A stretch of DNA of 64,000 nt from NCBI GenBank assembly GCA_027036135.1, contig JALVSY010000007.1, forward strand, positions 292,880 through 356,879, given 5' to 3'. Positions 60,446 to 64,000 of the stretch are shown one piece after another. The notes under the pieces were generated by a model that saw only the letters and a program-made list of their open reading frames with translations, was not told the origin of the DNA and did no database searches. Numbering within the stretch: position 1 is the first letter of the stretch; every line of letters starts with the position of its first letter. The translations under genes and the position numbers were made by a program. The stretch is from Pyrodictiaceae archaeon. Its GTDB lineage: Archaea; Thermoproteota; Thermoprotei_A; Sulfolobales; Pyrodictiaceae.

Positions 60446-60691
60446 CTAGCTACACTTGTATCCCTCTACTATCAGGTTAAGTCTCTCTGCTAGAATACAT
60501 ACCTGGTTTGTAGGCACAACAGCTATGGAGCCGTCCTCGCCTTCTAGTATTGCGAGCCCTTCGAGAAGCTTTACCCTAACACGTAGGGGCTGCTTAGGCC
60601 TTGCTAGGAGGAGGAGTTCTGGTAACTTGTTTCTCGTCTTGGAGGTCTTGCTAGGCACTTGTCTCCCTAGGTATGGGGTTACAATATACAT
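60446..60691 (-). CDS. Hypothetical small protein
   Basis: 81-aa ORF co-oriented with its neighbours. Confidence 0.55.
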   Translation of the reverse strand: MYIVTPYLGRQVPSKTSKTRNKLPELLLLARPKQPLRVRVKLLEGLAILEGEDGSIAVVPTNQVCILAERLNLIVEGYKCS

Positions 60692-60714
60692 GTATGACTA
60701 GAAAAGTTATAGGG

Positions 60715-61110
60715 TTAGTTCGTTTGTGGCCTCGCTACTACACCACGCGGCCTCTTCTTAGCCATTCTAGCGCCCCATTCGAGGCTTAGGGCTTCTCTTA
60801 GTATTCTTCGTCTCTTGCGTTCCTCGAGTTCCTCGAGGACGCCTGGCATGTCGGGGGTAGCGTATCTTCCTCCTCTTAGCTCTACTATTCTCCCGCTTTG
60901 CCTTAACCTGATGAGCGCTTTTCTTAGTCTGTCCTCGCCTGCTGTTCCGCTAAAGGCTTCTCTTAGTTCCTTCCATGTTACTGGCCGGCCTTTGCTTCTA
61001 ATGAACTTGTAGACTAGTTCCATAAGCTCCTCGTCTGTCGGTGCCTTCATTACGACTAGTTCTTCGTCTTCGTATAGTACTTTTAGGTCTAGACCGCTCA
61101 TCTGTCTCAC
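60715..61110 (-). CDS. Winged-helix protein
   Basis: VTWKELREAF..GEDRLRKALIRL..GRI...GRY; AGGTGA RBS. Confidence 0.75.
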   Translation of the reverse strand: MRQMSGLDLKVLYEDEELVVMKAPTDEELMELVYKFIRSKGRPVTWKELREAFSGTAGEDRLRKALIRLRQSGRIVELRGGRYATPDMPGVLEELEERKRRRILREALSLEWGARMAKKRPRGVVARPQTN

Positions 61111-61266
61111 CCTATTTTAAGTTTACTTTGCTGTTCTTGATAAGTATTACCGTTGAGGAGAAGTTATTGGCTTAGATTTCTAAGACTCTTTTCCTAATAG
61201 TGTTTAAACGTGTGTAAAAATTAAGCTTAGTAATGTCCATTATAAGAACACTATTTAAGCAACCTC

Positions 61267-61959
61267 CTAGCGCTCACGATCCACACCGGCTTGTTCAAAT
61301 CCAAAGCTTCTGACTATGCTAAGTACACGCGCATCAACCCTTGATAACAAGGCAAGAACAAGCGCCGTAAGCCCTGAAATATACATATGTATAGCTACAT
61401 ATATTGGTGCAAGACTGGGCTCCTCTATATAGGATTCAACGAACCCAACAGTACTCGCGATGCCTGTTACCAAGTTAGCTACAATATCGTTATCGCTTGC
61501 CGTCCTATCTAGCACACCGTACACGAATGACCGAAGACTCTCAACAAATTCACAGAGTGCCGAAGCCATCTCAAGTCCAAGACTGGTTAACTCGCACCGC
61601 TTATCATTATTGACTCTAGTACATCTTATGAAGTCAAAGTATGCAAGAATATCTATGGCTTTTTGGAGGCTCTTACACTTTATTCCCCTACCCTCGACTA
61701 GTGCCTCTATATCGCTAAGTGTGCTTGCCCCATGGACTAGGTGGCGCAGGATAAGGATCATGCAGCGATACGTTGGCGATAGAGCCATTAGGACGCGCTT
61801 ATCAGCTTTAATAAGTATATCCTCAACATAGCCCTCGATAGAGCCCTTCGTATCCATTTCGCCTTTTAGCCCCCGGCATATATAGGGTCTCAAAGTCTCC
61901 ATTATATTGTTCTCTTTGTAGCAATTCTCTGAGAGAAACATGGTTTCTGGAAGCAACAT
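61267..61959 (-). CDS. Hypothetical protein with wHTH-like N-terminal region
   Basis: ILRHL..TLSDI..LQKAIDIL...LTSLG pattern; hydrophobic C-terminal helices. Confidence 0.55.
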   Translation of the reverse strand: MLLPETMFLSENCYKENNIMETLRPYICRGLKGEMDTKGSIEGYVEDILIKADKRVLMALSPTYRCMILILRHLVHGASTLSDIEALVEGRGIKCKSLQKAIDILAYFDFIRCTRVNNDKRCELTSLGLEMASALCEFVESLRSFVYGVLDRTASDNDIVANLVTGIASTVGFVESYIEEPSLAPIYVAIHMYISGLTALVLALLSRVDARVLSIVRSFGFEQAGVDRER

Positions 61960-61978
61960 GCTTATACTACTATGACTA

Positions 61979-62269
61979 TTATGTTGGCTTAATGCTGCCG
62001 CGGAAGAACCAGTAAGGGAGAAGCATTAAGATTATTGCTAGTACCATGAGTACTATCGCTGCTATTACTGCTATCTTTACTGCTCTTTCGCTCGTACCAA
62101 ATATTATTGGTATAGGCCCTATCACTATCACTCCTCCAGCCTCGCTACCACCTCCCGATCTCAGCGCGGCGTAGAGGAATCCAACGAATATGAGCAATAT
62201 GCCTATGAAGAGTAGTATAAAACCAATAACTGCTAGTTTAGGTAGCGGTAAGGCCGCTGCCCCTTCCAA
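61979..62269 (-). CDS. TIGR00304/DUF131 family membrane protein
   Basis: GGVIVIGPIPIIFGT motif between two TM helices; likely TTG start at 62269. Confidence 0.85.
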   Translation of the reverse strand: MEGAAALPLPKLAVIGFILLFIGILLIFVGFLYAALRSGGGSEAGGVIVIGPIPIIFGTSERAVKIAVIAAIVLMVLAIILMLLPYWFFRGSIKPT

Positions 62270-62375
62270 CGGTGTAGCCCCTGGTCTTTTGCTTACTAGA
62301 TAGGATTCCGAGATAGGTTTTTGGTACCCTCTACTAATGTACGGTAATATTGAAGAAGTAGTTGGGCGTAGAGAC

Positions 62376-62948
62376 ATGTATTGGAACTATCAGCCTTCTG
62401 TGCCCTGGGTACCGACACGCGAGGAGGTAATTAAGGCGCTATTATCCTTACTCAGTATCCCCCGCGACTATACGGTCTATGATATTGGCTGCGGCGATGG
62501 CAGAGTAGCTATTGCTCTTGCAGAGGAGTTTCCAGGTATTCATGTAAAGTGCGTTGAGGCTCGAAAAGATCTCGTTGATAAGGCTAGAAAGGCCATAGAG
62601 GAGAAGGGCTTAGCGAGCCGCATAGAGGTTATTGAGGGCGATTTCTTTAAGATAAGCCTAAGCGATGCAGACCTAATTTACATGTATCTGTTGACAAGCG
62701 TTAATCAAAAGCTTAGGCCAAAGCTTGAAGAAGAACTCAGACAGGGAACAATAATAGTTTCATTAGATTTCCCTATACCAGGGTGGAATCCAGTAGCTGT
62801 GGTGGAGTTGCCGCGTTCGTGGCAACGCGCTTTCTACATTTATGCCAAAGGATTATCTGATGGCTCGGCGTCGTTAGAGTTGCGGGGAAAGATACTCGAA
62901 AATGTACTACATGTTGTTAGGATTAAGAAGCACGAGCTACGACTCTAA
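62376..62948 (+). CDS. Protein-lysine methyltransferase, crenarchaeal aKMT-like
   Basis: VPWVPT, YDIGCGDGR, YLLTSVN..LRPKLEEEL..G..IVS..F....W.P. Confidence 0.8.
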   Translation: MYWNYQPSVPWVPTREEVIKALLSLLSIPRDYTVYDIGCGDGRVAIALAEEFPGIHVKCVEARKDLVDKARKAIEEKGLASRIEVIEGDFFKISLSDADLIYMYLLTSVNQKLRPKLEEELRQGTIIVSLDFPIPGWNPVAVVELPRSWQRAFYIYAKGLSDGSASLELRGKILENVLHVVRIKKHELRL

Positions 62949-62983
62949 AAGAATAAGGGTAAGCCATGACTCGTTGCGTATCT

Positions 62984-64000
62984 TTAGGCCTCTCTTCTCC
63001 ACACAGTCTTCCCGCCTGGGTAATCGTATAGTTTTATGCCCAGCTTGGCTAGCTCGGAGCGAATCCAGTCAGCTAGTTGGTATTCCTTCCTTGTTCTTAG
63101 CTCGGAGCGTATACGTACAACAAGGTCTATGAGCTTATTTAGCTCGGTCTCCTCAGCCGTTACAGCCTTTTCCTCTACCACGTCGAACACTGCATTGAAC
63201 TCCTTTAGGAGCCTCCGAGCCAGTATGCCAGCGGTATAGTATTCTCGCGGTACAATATCCCTATTTACTACACGCGTTAGCTGTAGTATTGCTGCGAGAG
63301 CCTCTGATGTATTAAAGTCATTACTCATAGATTGGTGAAACTCCGCGTAAAGGTCTAGCACCCTTTGTGCAACGGCGAGCTCGTCTTCGCTTAGCCTGCC
63401 AGGAGGCGTCACCTCTTTGAGCATCCTCGTCAAGTCCTCGTAGGCCGCGCTTATCCTCTTAAGATTGCTCCTTGCTTGTAGCAGTGCCTCCTCGTTATAG
63501 TCTAGTTGGGCTCGGTAATGCGCGCTTAGGAGCCACATTCGTAGCGTTATTGCCCCCCACTTCTTCTCTGCTTCCTTGAAGACTACTATGTTTCCGAGGC
63601 TCTTGCTCATTTTCTCCCCGCTGATCATTAGGTAACCTGTATGGAGCCAGTACTTCACCCAAGGCTTTTTGCCGAAGAATGCCTCGCTTTGTGCCCTCTC
63701 GTTCTCGTGGTGAGGGAATACGAGGTCCTGGCCGCCACCATGTATGTCGAACTGGGAGCCAAGGTACTTTGAGGACATTACGCTGCACTCTATATGCCAA
63801 CCAGGCCGGCCTCTCCCCCATGGTGCTTCCCAGTACGGTTCCCCTGGCTTCCAGGCCTTCCATAACGCGAAGTCGTAGGGGTGCTTCTTTTCCCTTAGGA
63901 CGTCTTCCTCCTGTCTCCATTCCTCTGGGCTGAAGCGTCCGCTTAGCTGTCCATAGTCCTCGTATTTGTCCACATCAAAGTAGACGCTTCCGCTTGGCGC
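62984..64000 (-). CDS. cysS: Cysteine--tRNA ligase, 5' end beyond the window
   Basis: DFALWK, GRPGWHIECS, DIHGGG.DL.FPHHENE and KMSKS motifs. Confidence 0.97.
   Translation of the reverse strand, partial: APSGSVYFDVDKYEDYGQLSGRFSPEEWRQEEDVLREKKHPYDFALWKAWKPGEPYWEAPWGRGRPGWHIECSVMSSKYLGSQFDIHGGGQDLVFPHHENERAQSEAFFGKKPWVKYWLHTGYLMISGEKMSKSLGNIVVFKEAEKKWGAITLRMWLLSAHYRAQLDYNEEALLQARSNLKRISAAYEDLTRMLKEVTPPGRLSEDELAVAQRVLDLYAEFHQSMSNDFNTSEALAAILQLTRVVNRDIVPREYYTAGILARRLLKEFNAVFDVVEEKAVTAEETELNKLIDLVVRIRSELRTRKEYQLADWIRSELAKLGIKLYDYPGGKTVWRREA

Noticed and set aside
1-64000. CRISPR arrays, cas genes, rRNA genes, inteins, intact transposases
   Set aside because: No regularly spaced repeats or diagnostic motifs seen; protein lengths fit intein-free forms

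Overview
This is a 64 kb chromosomal segment from a hyperthermophilic archaeon. Gene content, codon style and the density of C/D sRNAs suggest Desulfurococcales, probably Pyrodictiaceae (inference). Most of it is housekeeping: EF-2, RNase HII, GatC, Taw1, GcvPA/PB, MetRS, ArgRS, CysRS, RqcH, eS25, PriL, NucS, an aKMT-like methyltransferase and an arginine decarboxylase. It also carries three tRNAs (iMet, intron-containing Thr(CGT), Arg(TCG)) and about 14 candidate C/D box guide sRNAs, often in tight clusters. A surface-biogenesis block at 38-51 kb holds a Tad/type IV pilus ATPase and platform protein, a 1118-aa adhesin-like protein, a perfect 56-bp palindrome, and an operon of flippase + PIG-A-like GT4 + deacetylase that may make a GPI-precursor-like lipid. 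A decayed element of about 2.3 kb is integrated at tRNA-Arg, with an att repeat, intact vapBC and pseudogenes. The initiator tRNA sits inside flanks that themselves form a tRNA-shaped frame. All calls come from motif recognition by eye; no database searches were run.
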